The notes under the pieces are model-generated. The model was not told the DNA's origin. It was given only the letters and a program-made list of their open reading frames with translations, and ran no database searches. This document shows, piece after piece, positions 49,386 through 60,441 of a DNA stretch of 64,000 nucleotides. Source of the stretch: an uncultured Candidatus Rokubacteria bacterium (GTDB taxonomy: Bacteria > Methylomirabilota > Methylomirabilia > Rokubacteriales > DASRDR01); contig CAWGVS010000003.1 in NCBI GenBank assembly GCA_963826115.1, forward strand, positions 145,211 through 209,210, read 5' to 3'. A program made the translations under genes and the position numbers. Positions within the stretch are counted from its first letter, which is position 1; every line of letters starts with the position of its first letter.

Positions 49386-50045
49386 ATGGAGTCGACGTCC
49401 GACGCGGATCGTCCGGCCTTCTCGCGCCGGACGCTGCTCCAGGGTGCCGCCTCGCTCGCCGGCGCACTCGTCGCCCGGCGCGCCCTCGCGCAGACGTGTC
49501 GGGCCACCGAGCCCGACATTCTCGGTCCCTACTACCGGTTCGGCGCGCCCTTTCGCTCGCAATTGGCCGGGCCCGACGAGCCCGGCGAGCGGCTCGTCCT
49601 GACCGGAACCGTCCTGAGCACCGACTGCCGGACCCCCGTGCCTGGCGCGCTGGTCGAGATCTGGCAGGCCAACCACGCGGGCGTGTACGACACGAGCACG
49701 CCGGGCAACTTCACCGAGGTCACGTCGTTCCACCTGCGGGGGATGTTCTACACGAATCCGCAGGGCCAGTACGCGATCGAGACGATCATGCCCGGCCGGT
49801 ATCCCGTCCCGCCGGGTCTCCCGGGGCTCGAGAAGTACGGGGGCCTGACGCGCCCCGCCCACATCCACTTCCGGGTCATGGAATCGCTCCACGTGCCCCT
49901 CACGACCCAGCTCTACTTCAAGGGCGATCCCTACATCGCCGGCGATCCCTTCGCCAGCCACAAGCCGACCCTGGCGATCGACCTCACGCCCGACGGGTCG
50001 CTCCGTCGCGGGGTGTTCGACATCGTGCTCACCCGGGGTCTCTAG
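49386..50045 (+). CDS. Intradiol dioxygenase-family protein with a Tat-like signal
   Basis: SRRTLL...ALA; GPYY, VEIWQANHAGVY, LRG, PGRY, RPAHIHF, LTTQLYF; alternative start 49341. Confidence 0.9.
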   Translation: MESTSDADRPAFSRRTLLQGAASLAGALVARRALAQTCRATEPDILGPYYRFGAPFRSQLAGPDEPGERLVLTGTVLSTDCRTPVPGALVEIWQANHAGVYDTSTPGNFTEVTSFHLRGMFYTNPQGQYAIETIMPGRYPVPPGLPGLEKYGGLTRPAHIHFRVMESLHVPLTTQLYFKGDPYIAGDPFASHKPTLAIDLTPDGSLRRGVFDIVLTRGL

Positions 50046-50329
50046 GCCCGCCCGCCTCACGAAGCGTGAGTCACCGCGTCCGTACATCTCACGGGAATCG
50101 CCCCCGAGGCCGCCGGCGTCGGGCCGCCCCGTCTCCGCCTGCTCGGCCACTCGCCGATGGATCGCGCGCCGGAGAGGTCCGACGGGCCTGTGGCGGTGTT
50201 ACGCATCGGTCGGTGCAGTGCGCGGTACGGTGTAGGGGCGCGGCGATGGCGGGCGGCACGCCATCAGGGACACTGACTGGCGCGCCGCGCGTCGTGTCAT
50301 CGGTGTCGAACGGATAGCACGGAGGGCCA

Positions 50330-51220
50330 ATGGCTTCTAAGCGGAGCGCGCGGAGGCGGAAGTCGACGACGGCGTCCGGCCGTCTCCCGAGGGGATTCGT
50401 CGAGAAGCGAGCCAACGTCGACGGCGTGACGATCAGCTACGCGATCGGCGGACAGGGACCGGCCGTCCTGCTCCTCCACGGCTTTGGCCAGACGAGCCGC
50501 ATGTGGAGGCCCCTGATGCCGCGGCTCGCGGCGTCGCACACCGTGATCGCGCCGGATCTCAGAGGGGCGGGCGGGTCCGCGCGTCCGCCGGCCGGTTACG
50601 ACAAGAAGACCATGGCCCGGGACATGCGTGGGCTCGCGCGCCGGCTCGGCCACCAGCGCGTGATGGTCGTGGGACACGACATCGGCCTCATGGTGGCGTA
50701 CGCCTACGCGGCGCAGTATCCGGGCGAGGTCGGCAAGGTCGCGCTCCTGGACGCCTTCTTGCCGGGCGTGGGCGACTGGACGCACGTCTGGCTGCTGCGC
50801 GACCTCTGGCACTTCCACTTCTACGGACGGACGCCCCTGGCGCTGGTGAAGGGCCGCGAGCGCATCTACCTGGAGCACTTCTGGAACGACTTCGCTGCCG
50901 ACGAGCGGAAGTCCGTTCCGGAGGCGGACCGGCGCGCCTACGCCGCGGCCTTCGCTCGCGCGGGCGGCGTTCGGGCGGGGTTCGAGTACTTCAAGGCCTT
51001 CGAGCAGGACGCCGGCGACTTCGCGGCGTTCGCGGCGACCAAGCTCGGCATGCCCTTCCTCGTGCTCACCGGCGAGAAGGCATCCGGCACGTTCCTGATC
51101 GAGCAGGCGCGACTGGTCGCGACCGACGTGACGGGGACCGTCGTGAAGGGCGCCGGCCACTGGCTGATGGAGGAGGCCACGGGCCAGGTCGTCTCCGCCC
51201 TCGTCGCGTTCCTCGCCTGA
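50330..51220 (+). CDS. Alpha/beta hydrolase (epoxide hydrolase-like)
   Basis: LLHGF, APDLRG, GHDIG, GHWLMEE. Confidence 0.92.
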   Translation: MASKRSARRRKSTTASGRLPRGFVEKRANVDGVTISYAIGGQGPAVLLLHGFGQTSRMWRPLMPRLAASHTVIAPDLRGAGGSARPPAGYDKKTMARDMRGLARRLGHQRVMVVGHDIGLMVAYAYAAQYPGEVGKVALLDAFLPGVGDWTHVWLLRDLWHFHFYGRTPLALVKGRERIYLEHFWNDFAADERKSVPEADRRAYAAAFARAGGVRAGFEYFKAFEQDAGDFAAFAATKLGMPFLVLTGEKASGTFLIEQARLVATDVTGTVVKGAGHWLMEEATGQVVSALVAFLA

Positions 51221-51308
51221 GCGGGCCACCGGCCGCGTCTGACAGCGTCCAGCTGCTCGAGCGGTGGGCCGACCAGGTGCCGGCTGTTGGGGATCTAGGC
51301 GCCGAAGC

Positions 51309-51572
51309 TCATGGGGCGATGAACCGCCGCCCGCCGTCCGTGAGCGTCGCCATGCGCGTGGCCTCGTCGTAGGCGACCAGATCCTCGGCCACGAAGCTCT
51401 CCATCATCTTGGAAAAGCCTTGGTGCGCGATCAGGAACTTGCTCGAGCTATGCTCGTGCAAGTCGTGCAGGGAGGCAGCCGAGTCTTCCTGGGCCGCCAG
51501 CCAGGTCAGCACCCCCTTGCGCGCCCTGTCGAAGTACGCCCGCTGCCGCTCTTCGGACACCGGCTCTGTCAT
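51309..51572 (-). CDS. Small hypothetical protein, possibly winged-helix
   Basis: GGAGG upstream; ends ATLTDGGRRF, resembling a wing. Confidence 0.65.
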   Translation of the reverse strand: MTEPVSEERQRAYFDRARKGVLTWLAAQEDSAASLHDLHEHSSSKFLIAHQGFSKMMESFVAEDLVAYDEATRMATLTDGGRRFIAP

Positions 51573-52000
51573 GGTCTCGCTCTCCCTCCGTGTCGACTAT
51601 ATCGCGGACGCGCTCATCTCGAGGGCCGGCTCATGGGGCGACTTTCAGAGACGAGGCGGCGGTGGGGCGGCTGTCCGAGCGCGTGATTCTTCCACAGGCC
51701 GTGGTGTCCCCGAAGCGACGACAATGTGAAGGGGCGTGGGTTGCGCTTGACCCTCCGCGGTGTCGTCCGCGCCGTGTAGACCTCGCCGGCTCGGCGCGCG
51801 GCATGTCTCGACCCCCCGAGGACCTGCCCACGGAGTTGCTCGCGTCGCCCGCACGTGTCCCCGCCAGTCCCTGCACCGTCGGGACCTCGCGCCGACCGAG
51901 CGGGCTCGCTGCTCGCGGATAAGGTTGTCCATCGACTGGCGGCCACCCGCGAGCCCACCTCACCATGGTGCGGCGATCGCTGTGGCCATGGGCATGTCGA

Positions 52001-52453
52001 TCAGAGGTAGCGGTGGTTCAGCTCCTGCGACATCTGGCGGAGATGCTTCGCCATGAACCGGCAGGCGTTGCGGTACATGGTCCGCTCGAGCGCGGGGCGC
52101 GCCGCGAGGAGCCCGCCCAGCGCGTCGAACCCGATGCGCTGGACCCGAGTCGACTCGCGGGCGACGGCGGAGGCGGCACGCGGCCCGGGCGCGAAGAACG
52201 CCAGCTCGCCGAGCAGCTGGCCGCTCCCGACGGTCATGATCGGCACCGTCTTGCCCGAGGCGACCATGTCGACGGTCCCGATGGCGAGCGCGTAGAGCGC
52301 GTCAGCCGGCTCGCCGCTTCGGTAGACGTGATCTCCCGACTTGTACGCCCTGGCCTCGGCGAGCGCGGCGAGCGCACGGAGGTCGTCCGGCGAGACCTCG
52401 GCGAACAGGTAGGTCTTTGCGAGCAGATCCTGATGCGGCAGCTCCTTGTTCAT
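52001..52453 (-). CDS. Stand-alone cyclic nucleotide-binding domain protein
   Basis: YRSGEPADALY, LGELAFF..GPRAASA; AGGAGGAG RBS. Confidence 0.88.
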   Translation of the reverse strand: MNKELPHQDLLAKTYLFAEVSPDDLRALAALAEARAYKSGDHVYRSGEPADALYALAIGTVDMVASGKTVPIMTVGSGQLLGELAFFAPGPRAASAVARESTRVQRIGFDALGGLLAARPALERTMYRNACRFMAKHLRQMSQELNHRYL

Positions 52454-52730
52454 GAGCAGGGCTCCTCCTGGGGGCCGTCGACTGCGAGCGCGATCCGGGG
52501 CCGGCGGCCTTCAGAGATCCAGGCGAAGCCGGCGCCGCGAGCGGTAGATCTCCTTCGCGTGAGGTCACCCTCCAGAGATCCACGACTGTCCCGTGCTTGG
52601 CGTGTGGCGCCCGGCGTGTTCGCGAGGTCCGAGGGGCGGGCCGGGGTGACGAGGACAGGCATCGGGGCCGAGAAGTGTGCCCAGCGATTCCTACGTTCTC
52701 TCTGGCTGCCGACGCTTCCCCATCACGGGT

Positions 52731-53141
52731 TCAGGTCCGGGTAGCCCGGAACTTGAAGACGAATGGCGAACTTGCTGTCCCGACGATGATCACATCCTGG
52801 TCGCGAAGGTCGACACGGCCCCCTTTCCGGTCGCCACCGACAGGCCGGCCCTCCACGAGGGTCCCACACGTACTGCCGCGATCCGTGAGGACGAATCGGT
52901 CGCCTTCGTGCTCGATCGCGAAGTGCTCGCGCGAGACGTTGACCATCTCGCCGGGCTCAATGATGTACAGGTCGTTCAACTGAGCGACGCCGACGACGCG
53001 CCGTTCTGGTGAGCGCCACGGCTTCTGCGTGGACAACCGGCTCTCGCGACCGACTTTGAACGGGAAGCGCTCGATGACCCGCTGCTCGCCGTGGAGGGCG
53101 TCTCGCGCATCCGGAGTCAGCGCCACCAGCCATGCGGTCAT
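52731..53141 (-). CDS. FHA-domain protein
   Basis: FKVGR, VSREHF, DRGSTCGT, IIVG; GGAGG RBS. Confidence 0.85.
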   Translation of the reverse strand: MTAWLVALTPDARDALHGEQRVIERFPFKVGRESRLSTQKPWRSPERRVVGVAQLNDLYIIEPGEMVNVSREHFAIEHEGDRFVLTDRGSTCGTLVEGRPVGGDRKGGRVDLRDQDVIIVGTASSPFVFKFRATRT

Positions 53142-53634
53142 GAGCACCTCCGTTCGACGAAGGAGTCCCGAGCGCCAGCGCATAGTAGCATGGGCCCCTG
53201 GATACGGTTCGCCTTACCCCGATCGCGAACATAGGGGGCACCGAGCCTACGCGCACGAGAGTCAGGTGGTCACCGGTCGAATTGTCGCGGGCTTCGCCTG
53301 TGCAAAGTCGCCGACGGGATCTGCCGAATGGGGGCCACCTTCGTCGTGAAGGGCCGCGCCGCCTGATGCGCCCCGCCGAAGGGGGGAAGTCTACTGGCCT
53401 TCCGGTGCCGACCGCCGGCCGCCCTTGCCGACCCCGCCAGGAGCGCCCTATGGCCCCAGTGGCAACCGAGGGGCGCGGGCCGAGGTAACGAGTGGACGAC
53501 GCGGCCGAGGAGCATTTTTCGGCATTGCCTGGACCAAGGCTACGTCCAAGTACACTGCCGTCGATCCCGCCCGCGGGACAAATGCACCTATCAGCCACCG
53601 GGGATCATCGGGTGGAATTCGGCGACGGGAGCGT

Positions 53635-54312
53635 ATGGGACGGGCCCTAGGAGACATCCTGCCGCTCGCGATCGCGGTCGGGATCTTCCCGGTGCCGATC
53701 ATCGCCGTCCTTCTCATGGTCGCGTCCGATCGAGGACCGTCGAAAGGCCTGGCATTCGTTCTTGCCTGGTGTGTTGGCCTCACCGCGATCGGCACGATCG
53801 TGCTCCTGGTTGCCGGGATCGCGGACGCGGGCGGCGCAGGCGAGGCCGCCGCCTGGGTGAATGTGCTGCTGCTCGGCCTGGGCCTGCTCCTGCTGGCCGC
53901 AGCGGTCAAGCAGTGGCGGAATCGTCCGAGGGCGGGCGAAGAGACACGGACACCGGGCTGGATGCGCACCCTAGATCAGCTCACGGTGGCGAAGGCTGGC
54001 GGAATCGGCTTTGCGCTGGCCGCACTCAATCCGAAGAACGTTCTGCTCACTGTCGCCGCCGCCGCGGAAATTGCGGCGGTCGGGGTGCCAGGTCGTCAGC
54101 AGGCCGCGGTCCTGCTCGTCTTCGTCCTGATCGCTTCAGCCGGTGTGTTGACTCCACTCGTCCTTTCCCTTGCGCTCGGAGAACGGTCCGGGGCACTCCT
54201 GGACGGACTCAAGGGCTGGATAGTGCGTCACCACGGCGTGATCATGACCGTGCTCTTCCTCCTCATGGGTGCGAAGTTGATCGGCGACGCCATCGCTGGC
54301 TTCTCGAGCTGA
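53635..54312 (+). CDS. GAP/Sap-family membrane protein
   Basis: LPLAIAVGIFPVPIIAV, PGWM, LNPKN; six hydrophobic segments. Confidence 0.8.
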   Translation: MGRALGDILPLAIAVGIFPVPIIAVLLMVASDRGPSKGLAFVLAWCVGLTAIGTIVLLVAGIADAGGAGEAAAWVNVLLLGLGLLLLAAAVKQWRNRPRAGEETRTPGWMRTLDQLTVAKAGGIGFALAALNPKNVLLTVAAAAEIAAVGVPGRQQAAVLLVFVLIASAGVLTPLVLSLALGERSGALLDGLKGWIVRHHGVIMTVLFLLMGAKLIGDAIAGFSS

Positions 54313-54422
54313 CGCTGCAACAGCTCAGACGGGATGCGATGATGGCGAGACAGAGCCGGGCGAGTTCAGCGCGACGCTCCGAGCCTTGGCAGCGATCATT
54401 TGAACATGGACCTGGCTGTCAA

Positions 54423-54522
54423 CGACGGCGCAGGATTGGGGTCGCGTGAGGCCGTCACACAGGGCGAGCGTTGTCCGCCAGCCCCCATGGGACCCGACCG
54501 AAGGGGCGTTATGTCGACTACC
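54423..54522 (+). repeat. About 100-bp repeat, copy A1, ending in a dif-like 28-mer (54492-54519)
   Basis: Near-identical to 56432-56533; core ACCCGACCGAA-GGGGCG-TTATGTCGACT. Confidence 0.9.
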
Positions 54523-54599
54523 ATCGCGCCGCGTCGAGGAGCGGGGCCGGCTACAGGAGCGACTCGCCCCCTGGGAGGGGGAGGTCCGCGGGGAATCAG

Positions 54600-55505
54600 A
54601 TGCGGGACGCGCCGACCGCTGACCTGGTAAGCGTCGCCCTGTGCGCGCGGGACGCCGCGGCATTCGTTGTCGAGGCCGCGCGCAGCGTGCTCGGGCAGAG
54701 CTGGATGCGGCTCGAGCTCTTCATCGTGGACGACGGCAGCGCCGACGACACATCGCGCCGCGTGCGGCAGGAGATCGCGGACTCCCGCGCCACGCTGATC
54801 CGGCTCGAGAAGAACATCGGCACCTATGCCGCCAAGAACCTGGTCCTCGACCGATTCGCCCGCGGCGAGTTCTTCGCGCACCAGGATGCGGACGACCGGA
54901 GCCTGCCCCGCCGCCTGGAGCGGCAAATCACCGCGCTGCGCGCGTGGGGCCTCGAGGCCTGCGGCACCGGCATCGACGAGTTCTACGCGGACCCCGCCCT
55001 CGAGCCGCGCTTCTCGAGACAGGTACCCGCCCGCTTCGAGCCACTCGACGGCTGCTTCCACAAGCAGAACCTTTACCCCGAGCGGCTCGACCCGCGCGCG
55101 CTCTGCGATCCGGGCACGCGCGTCGAAGATCTCGTGCTCGCGATGAATGGCTCGTTGCTCTTCCGCAGCGAGACGCTCCGCGCGCTCGGCGGCTTCGAGG
55201 GTCGCACGCGCGTGGGAGCCGACACGGATCTGCTGCTGCGGCTGGCCTGCCTGCATGCCGTCGGGAACGTTCCGGAGGTGCTCTACGTGCGCCGCTTCCA
55301 CCCGGCCTCACTCACGGCCGCGCCCGAGACCGGCTTCGGCTCGAGGATCCGCCAACGCGCGATCCGGGAGATCGAGGCGCTGCGGGCAGAGCTGGGTCCC
55401 CTGCTCGAGGCGGGAGAGACCGCAGAGCTGCGCCGCGCCGCCGTGCGCGACCTCTACTACCCGGAGGTAGCCTGCGAGGTACGACCCCTCGCACCCGGCC
55501 ACTAG
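54600..55505 (+). CDS. Glycosyltransferase family 2
   Basis: ELFIVDDGSAD, GTYAAKN, HQDADD, GADTD. Confidence 0.9.
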   Translation: MRDAPTADLVSVALCARDAAAFVVEAARSVLGQSWMRLELFIVDDGSADDTSRRVRQEIADSRATLIRLEKNIGTYAAKNLVLDRFARGEFFAHQDADDRSLPRRLERQITALRAWGLEACGTGIDEFYADPALEPRFSRQVPARFEPLDGCFHKQNLYPERLDPRALCDPGTRVEDLVLAMNGSLLFRSETLRALGGFEGRTRVGADTDLLLRLACLHAVGNVPEVLYVRRFHPASLTAAPETGFGSRIRQRAIREIEALRAELGPLLEAGETAELRRAAVRDLYYPEVACEVRPLAPGH

Positions 55506-55508
55506 CCC

Positions 55509-55600
55509 ATGTGCAGCATCGCCGGAGTCGCAGGCGCCATCGACGAACGCGAGCGGCTCGCGCGGGAGATGGCGCAGGCCATGCACGACCTTCGAGATCC
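55509..55600 (+). pseudogene. N-terminal fragment of a class II glutamine amidotransferase (AsnB-like)
   Basis: MCSIAG start directly after the GT2 gene; similarity lost after about 27 aa. Confidence 0.55.
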
Positions 55601-55859
55601 TGCTCACGTTCACGGCGCTGGATCTGGCGCCACGGATTTCAGCCCCAACGAAAACTTCAACTTCCGGGGTCGCCGAGCTGGCCTTACGCGGAACCGGCTG
55701 CCGAACAGACGCTCCACATTCCCGACTGGTGCAGGTGCACGACCGAGTATCCGCCGTGCCCTTGGAGGATGGCTGGGCCGGATGATCCCCATCTGGGACG
55801 CCTGTCAGACGGCGAACCCGCTCCGTCGGTACCGCCCGCCCGAGCCGCGGTGATGCCGG

Positions 55860-56138
55860 ATGGCGATCTGGCGAAGCCGGCAGCCACCTCATCCGGTGAC
55901 GCAGGCCTCCCAGACCCTGTACGAGTTCGAGCTGAGTCAGGCGCCCTCGGCGGCCTGGCAGGCCGCCTTTCTGCGTCCCTCTGTGGCCCTCACCACGGCC
56001 AAGCACATGCCCGAGCTCGGCCGCGTCAGCCTCGATGGCGCCCGGGTCACCTTCCAGACCAGTCCGTCCCAACTCCACCAGTGGGTCCACTGGATCGACC
56101 GCTGGATCGCCTACGCCAACTCGGTGGCGGACGAGTGA
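55860..56138 (+). CDS. Hypothetical protein
   Basis: Protein-like composition (LYEFELS...WIDRWIAYANS); start uncertain. Confidence 0.6.
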   Translation: MAIWRSRQPPHPVTQASQTLYEFELSQAPSAAWQAAFLRPSVALTTAKHMPELGRVSLDGARVTFQTSPSQLHQWVHWIDRWIAYANSVADE

Positions 56139-56431
56139 CCCTGGCTGGCGCCCGATGGCGGAGGGAAGACTGAGACGACACGCGGTGCTCGCGAAGGTCG
56201 GGAACTGGCCCGGGCTGATGGGACCGGCGGATCGGTCATGCGCGACAGATCGTGCGCGCGGTTCTGGTCGGGCGCATCGGGTTCACCCCATCGCGCCCTG
56301 ACGACCCCTGGTCTCACGGGGGCGCTCGATCTCTAGACTCGCTGTGGCGGATCGGGCCCGCCCGTGCTTCCCCGCGCCGAAGTCGTGAACGCCGCGATCC
56401 CACCCCGTGCCGTCCTTGACACCCTCCGCGC

Positions 56432-56533
56432 CGACGGCGCAGGCTTGGGGTCGCGGGAGGCCGTCACGCAGGGCGAGCGTTGTCCGCCAGCCCCCATGGG
56501 ACCCGACCGAGAAGGGGCTTCATGGCGACTACC
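56432..56533 (+). repeat. About 100-bp repeat, copy A2, ending in a dif-like 28-mer (56503-56530)
   Basis: Core CCGACCGAGAA-GGGGCT-TCATGGCGACT. Confidence 0.9.
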
Positions 56534-56556
56534 CACGTTCCCGGGGAGGTGTGCCC

Positions 56557-57015
56557 GTGCCAGTCGATCGCACGTATGCAACTGAGAACGATGCACAGCG
56601 GGAGCGGCTTCGCGCCCTTGTCCGGAGTCTCGGCGACCAGGACCTCGCGCGCCCCATGGAGGCCGGCTGGACGGTGGCAGCAGTCCTCGCGCACGCCGCC
56701 TTCTGGGATCAGCGGATCGTCGTCCTGCTCGACCACTGGGAGCAACGGGGTTCCTCGTGGACCCCGCCCATCGAAGTGGAGCGCGATGGCGACTGGATCA
56801 ACGATGCCGCGAAGGCGCTCTGCCTGGCCCTCCCGCCTCGCGTGGCGGCCGACCTCGCCGTCTCGGTCGCCGAGGCGGTGGATCGGCGGGTGGCCGCGGT
56901 GAGCGACGCCATCATCGAGGCGAATGCGCGGGCTGGCTCTCCGCTCAACTGGCACCGCGCGGAGCACCGGCGCGAGCACCTGGACGAGATCGAGCGAGCG
57001 CTCCGCGGCGCCTGA
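56557..57015 (+). CDS. DinB / mycothiol-dependent isomerase N-terminal-like protein
   Basis: GGAGGT RBS; GWTVAAVLAH..FWD; HRREHLDEI. Confidence 0.8.
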   Translation: MPVDRTYATENDAQRERLRALVRSLGDQDLARPMEAGWTVAAVLAHAAFWDQRIVVLLDHWEQRGSSWTPPIEVERDGDWINDAAKALCLALPPRVAADLAVSVAEAVDRRVAAVSDAIIEANARAGSPLNWHRAEHRREHLDEIERALRGA

Positions 57016-57035
57016 TCCCCCGATGCGCTTCTCCG

Positions 57036-57081
57036 GGCCCCCCGGGGGAAACAGCTCAAAACGAGCTTCATGTCGACCACC
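57036..57081 (+). repeat. About 45-bp repeat, copy B1, with a dif-like 28-mer (57051-57078)
   Basis: Core ACAGCTCAAAA-CGAGCT-TCATGTCGACC; near-identical to 57645-57688. Confidence 0.9.
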
Positions 57082-57099
57082 TACCGGTAGTCTTACGTA

Positions 57100-57688
<589 letters not shown>

Positions 57689-57983
57689 CTCAAGCGTGTT
57701 TGCGGCGCCTCGAGTGCCGGCCCGTCGTCGAGCCGGACGGGACGCGCGCCCATGGAGCCTCGCGGGGAAAGAGATCGTGGGCGAGGGCGGCGAGGTCCGC
57801 CCCGTCGCCGCCAGTAGCTAGCTGGCGACTTACGCCCACGAGCGGGGATTCTACGCCGCACGGCCCGTGACGCGGAACCCCGCCAACGCCGGGCCAAACC
57901 CGTCCGGGAACTGCCCAGCGCCCCGCCGACCCGCGCCGACCTCGGGCGGCGGCGGCCCTCGGTGTCGAGTCAGGTGGGCGGGG

Positions 57984-58958
57984 TCACTGGATCAGCTCAT
58001 CCGCCCGGGCCAGCACCGCCGGGGGGATCGTGAGGCCGAGCGCCTTCGCGGTCTTGAGGTTGATGACCAGCTCGAACTTGGTCGGCTGCTCGACGGGCAG
58101 GTCGGCGGGTTTGGCGCCCTTGAGGATCTTGTGGACGTAGATGGCGGCGCGCCGGGCGAGGTCGGCGCTGCTCGGGAAAAAGGCCATGAGGCCGCCGGCC
58201 TCAACGGCTCGCCGGTCGTCGAAGATTGTCAGGAGCTTGTGGGCGCGAGCCAGGTCACCGACACGAGTCCGATGGGCAAAGGTCACCGGGTCCCACATGA
58301 CATAGACTGCCTGGATGGAACGATGCGTCAGCTCCGCGAACGCGGGCGCGATCTCCTCAGACCGTCGCACCTCGACGGGGTGCAGAGCTAAGCCCAGAGT
58401 CCTCGCGGTGCTCCCCAAGACCGTCAGGTAGGCTGAGACCCAGGTGCCGGCGTCCCGGTTCCACAGCACTCCCACGCCGGAGAGCCCAGGATATATGTCC
58501 CTGAGTAGCTCCAACATCTTTCCTGCGACGGCAGGCGAGACGTCCCACGTCAAGCCCGTGACGTTGCCGCCGGGCCGAGCGAGGCTCGCCACCAGACCAG
58601 ATGCCACCGGATCGGCCGCGCCGACCATGACGATTGGGAGGGTGCGGGTCGCATTCCTTGCGGCGGTAGGCGCTGGATCGGAACCGGTGACGATCAGCTC
58701 CACTTGCGAACGGACTAAGTCGGCGGCAAGGTCCGGAAACCGGCTGGCGTCGCTCCCGGCGAAGCGCCCCTCGATGACAATAGTTTTCCCCTCGACGTAG
58801 CCGAGGCTTTGCAGTGCGTCTCGGAACGCTTGCCATCCCGGCTCTTCGTATCCGAGAACGCCAATACGAGGCATACGGCCAGTCGGCTGTGCCTCGGCGG
58901 CGAGCGGCGCGGCGAGCACGCTGACCGCGCCGGCGATGAACCGTCGCCGGTCCATCAT
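57984..58958 (-). CDS. ABC transporter substrate-binding protein (orphan)
   Basis: DRRRFI signal; DPVASGLVASLARPGGNVTG; GAKPADLPVEQPTKFELVINLKTAKALG. Confidence 0.93.
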   Translation of the reverse strand: MMDRRRFIAGAVSVLAAPLAAEAQPTGRMPRIGVLGYEEPGWQAFRDALQSLGYVEGKTIVIEGRFAGSDASRFPDLAADLVRSQVELIVTGSDPAPTAARNATRTLPIVMVGAADPVASGLVASLARPGGNVTGLTWDVSPAVAGKMLELLRDIYPGLSGVGVLWNRDAGTWVSAYLTVLGSTARTLGLALHPVEVRRSEEIAPAFAELTHRSIQAVYVMWDPVTFAHRTRVGDLARAHKLLTIFDDRRAVEAGGLMAFFPSSADLARRAAIYVHKILKGAKPADLPVEQPTKFELVINLKTAKALGLTIPPAVLARADELIQ

Positions 58959-59965
58959 TGAATCACTTCATCCGCCCGCGCCAGCACTGCCGGCGGGATC
59001 GTGAGGCCGAGGGCCTTCGCGGTTCTCAAGTTGAGAACCAGCTCGAATGTGGCGGGCTGCTCCATCGGCAGGTCGCTTGGCCGTGCACCTTTCAGAATCC
59101 GGTCGACGAACAACGCAACGCGCTTGTAGAAGTCACGCCGATTCGGCCCATACGCGACAAGGCCTCCGACCTCGGCAAAGTCTCTGAACGACGACACCGC
59201 CGCGATCCGATTGGTGAGTGCCAAATACGCAATCCGGGAGCCATGTAGATAGTGATTGATGCTCGACAGCACAACGAGGGCACGAATTCGATCCTTCGTC
59301 ATCGTCGAAAACTGGGTCTGGTAGTTCGTAGGTCCGGCCACGGTGATAGCCAGAAGGCCGATGCCCGAAGACCGCACTGCCCCCTCCAGCTCCTTGAACG
59401 TTCGAGTATGCACCGGATCGCCGGGATCGAGGAGCACAGCCACGCGGGAGACACCAGGAACCATCGCTCTGAGAAACTCGAACCCTTTCACGGCCAACGC
59501 CTCGCGAACGGAGGTCATGCCGGTGACGTTCCCGCCCGGGCGAGCGAGGCTGTGGACGAGCCCCAGGCCCACGGGATCGCCGGACACGGCAACGATGATA
59601 GGAATCGACTGCGTTGCGTCCTGGGCCGCCTGCACCGCCACCACGTCACCGACGACAACGATCATGTTGACTTCGAGGCTTACGAGCTCGCGGGCGAGGA
59701 GCCGAAGTGGCTCGGGTTCGCTCTGTGCGCTGGTGCGGTAAACGAGTTGGATGTTCCGGCCGTCCACGTACCCTAGCTCCTGCAGAGCCTCGACGAGCAG
59801 CAGTCTCCAACCAGATGACCGAACGGTCCCCTCGTCGGAACACGTCACCGCGCACAGCATTCCGATACGGGGCACCTTCCCGGCCGGCTGCGCCTCGGCG
59901 GCGAGCGGCGCGGCGAGGAGGGCCAAGGCGAGGGTGGCTCGGGCCGTGAGTCGAGCGAACCTCAT
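58955..59965 (-). CDS. ABC transporter substrate-binding protein (orphan, paralog of the neighbour)
   Basis: DPVGLGLVHSLARPGGNVTG; GARPSDLPMEQPATFELVLNLRTAKALG. Confidence 0.93.
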   Translation of the reverse strand: MRFARLTARATLALALLAAPLAAEAQPAGKVPRIGMLCAVTCSDEGTVRSSGWRLLLVEALQELGYVDGRNIQLVYRTSAQSEPEPLRLLARELVSLEVNMIVVVGDVVAVQAAQDATQSIPIIVAVSGDPVGLGLVHSLARPGGNVTGMTSVREALAVKGFEFLRAMVPGVSRVAVLLDPGDPVHTRTFKELEGAVRSSGIGLLAITVAGPTNYQTQFSTMTKDRIRALVVLSSINHYLHGSRIAYLALTNRIAAVSSFRDFAEVGGLVAYGPNRRDFYKRVALFVDRILKGARPSDLPMEQPATFELVLNLRTAKALGLTIPPAVLARADEVIQ

Positions 59966-60210
59966 AAGGGCCTCCCGTCGTCCAGTAGCCGCAGCGCGGT
60001 CTCCAGGAGTCGCCGGACTTCCGCGTCCCGCTCAGCTAGTCGGGCGGCCTGCCGCTGCCGACTCCGTGTCCGCCGGCAGGCGGCCGAGCAGACGGTCTGC
60101 CGGCCCTGCAGGACGGCCGTCCGACACACCGGACAGGTTCGCGGGGAGCCTACCAGAAGCGTGCGCACGCTTCCTAGTGGGACGTCGGGCCGGAAGACGG
60201 GGCGCGGCAT
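59962..60210 (-). CDS. Small zinc-ribbon/coiled-coil hypothetical protein
   Basis: CPVC...CSAAC followed by a charged helix; overlaps the downstream start. Confidence 0.55.
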   Translation of the reverse strand: MPRPVFRPDVPLGSVRTLLVGSPRTCPVCRTAVLQGRQTVCSAACRRTRSRQRQAARLAERDAEVRRLLETALRLLDDGRPL

Positions 60211-60441
60211 GAATCAGCGGCCGGCGGTGGCCTGAGGCGGGCGCAGCGCGACGAGCGCCGTTTGTGGCGGGGGTCGCCCGGACCGGGCCCGGCCCCGTCG
60301 CCCGCGCCGGTCCCGCGGCCCGCACGCTCGACACCCAGGGCCGCCACCCTCATCGCCGGCCGGACGCCGATTCGAGTCTTCCGTGGGCGTGGCCGTTCCG
60401 GGCCGAGGGGAGTTACGCGGCGGTCGGGTGGCCCTCGACGG

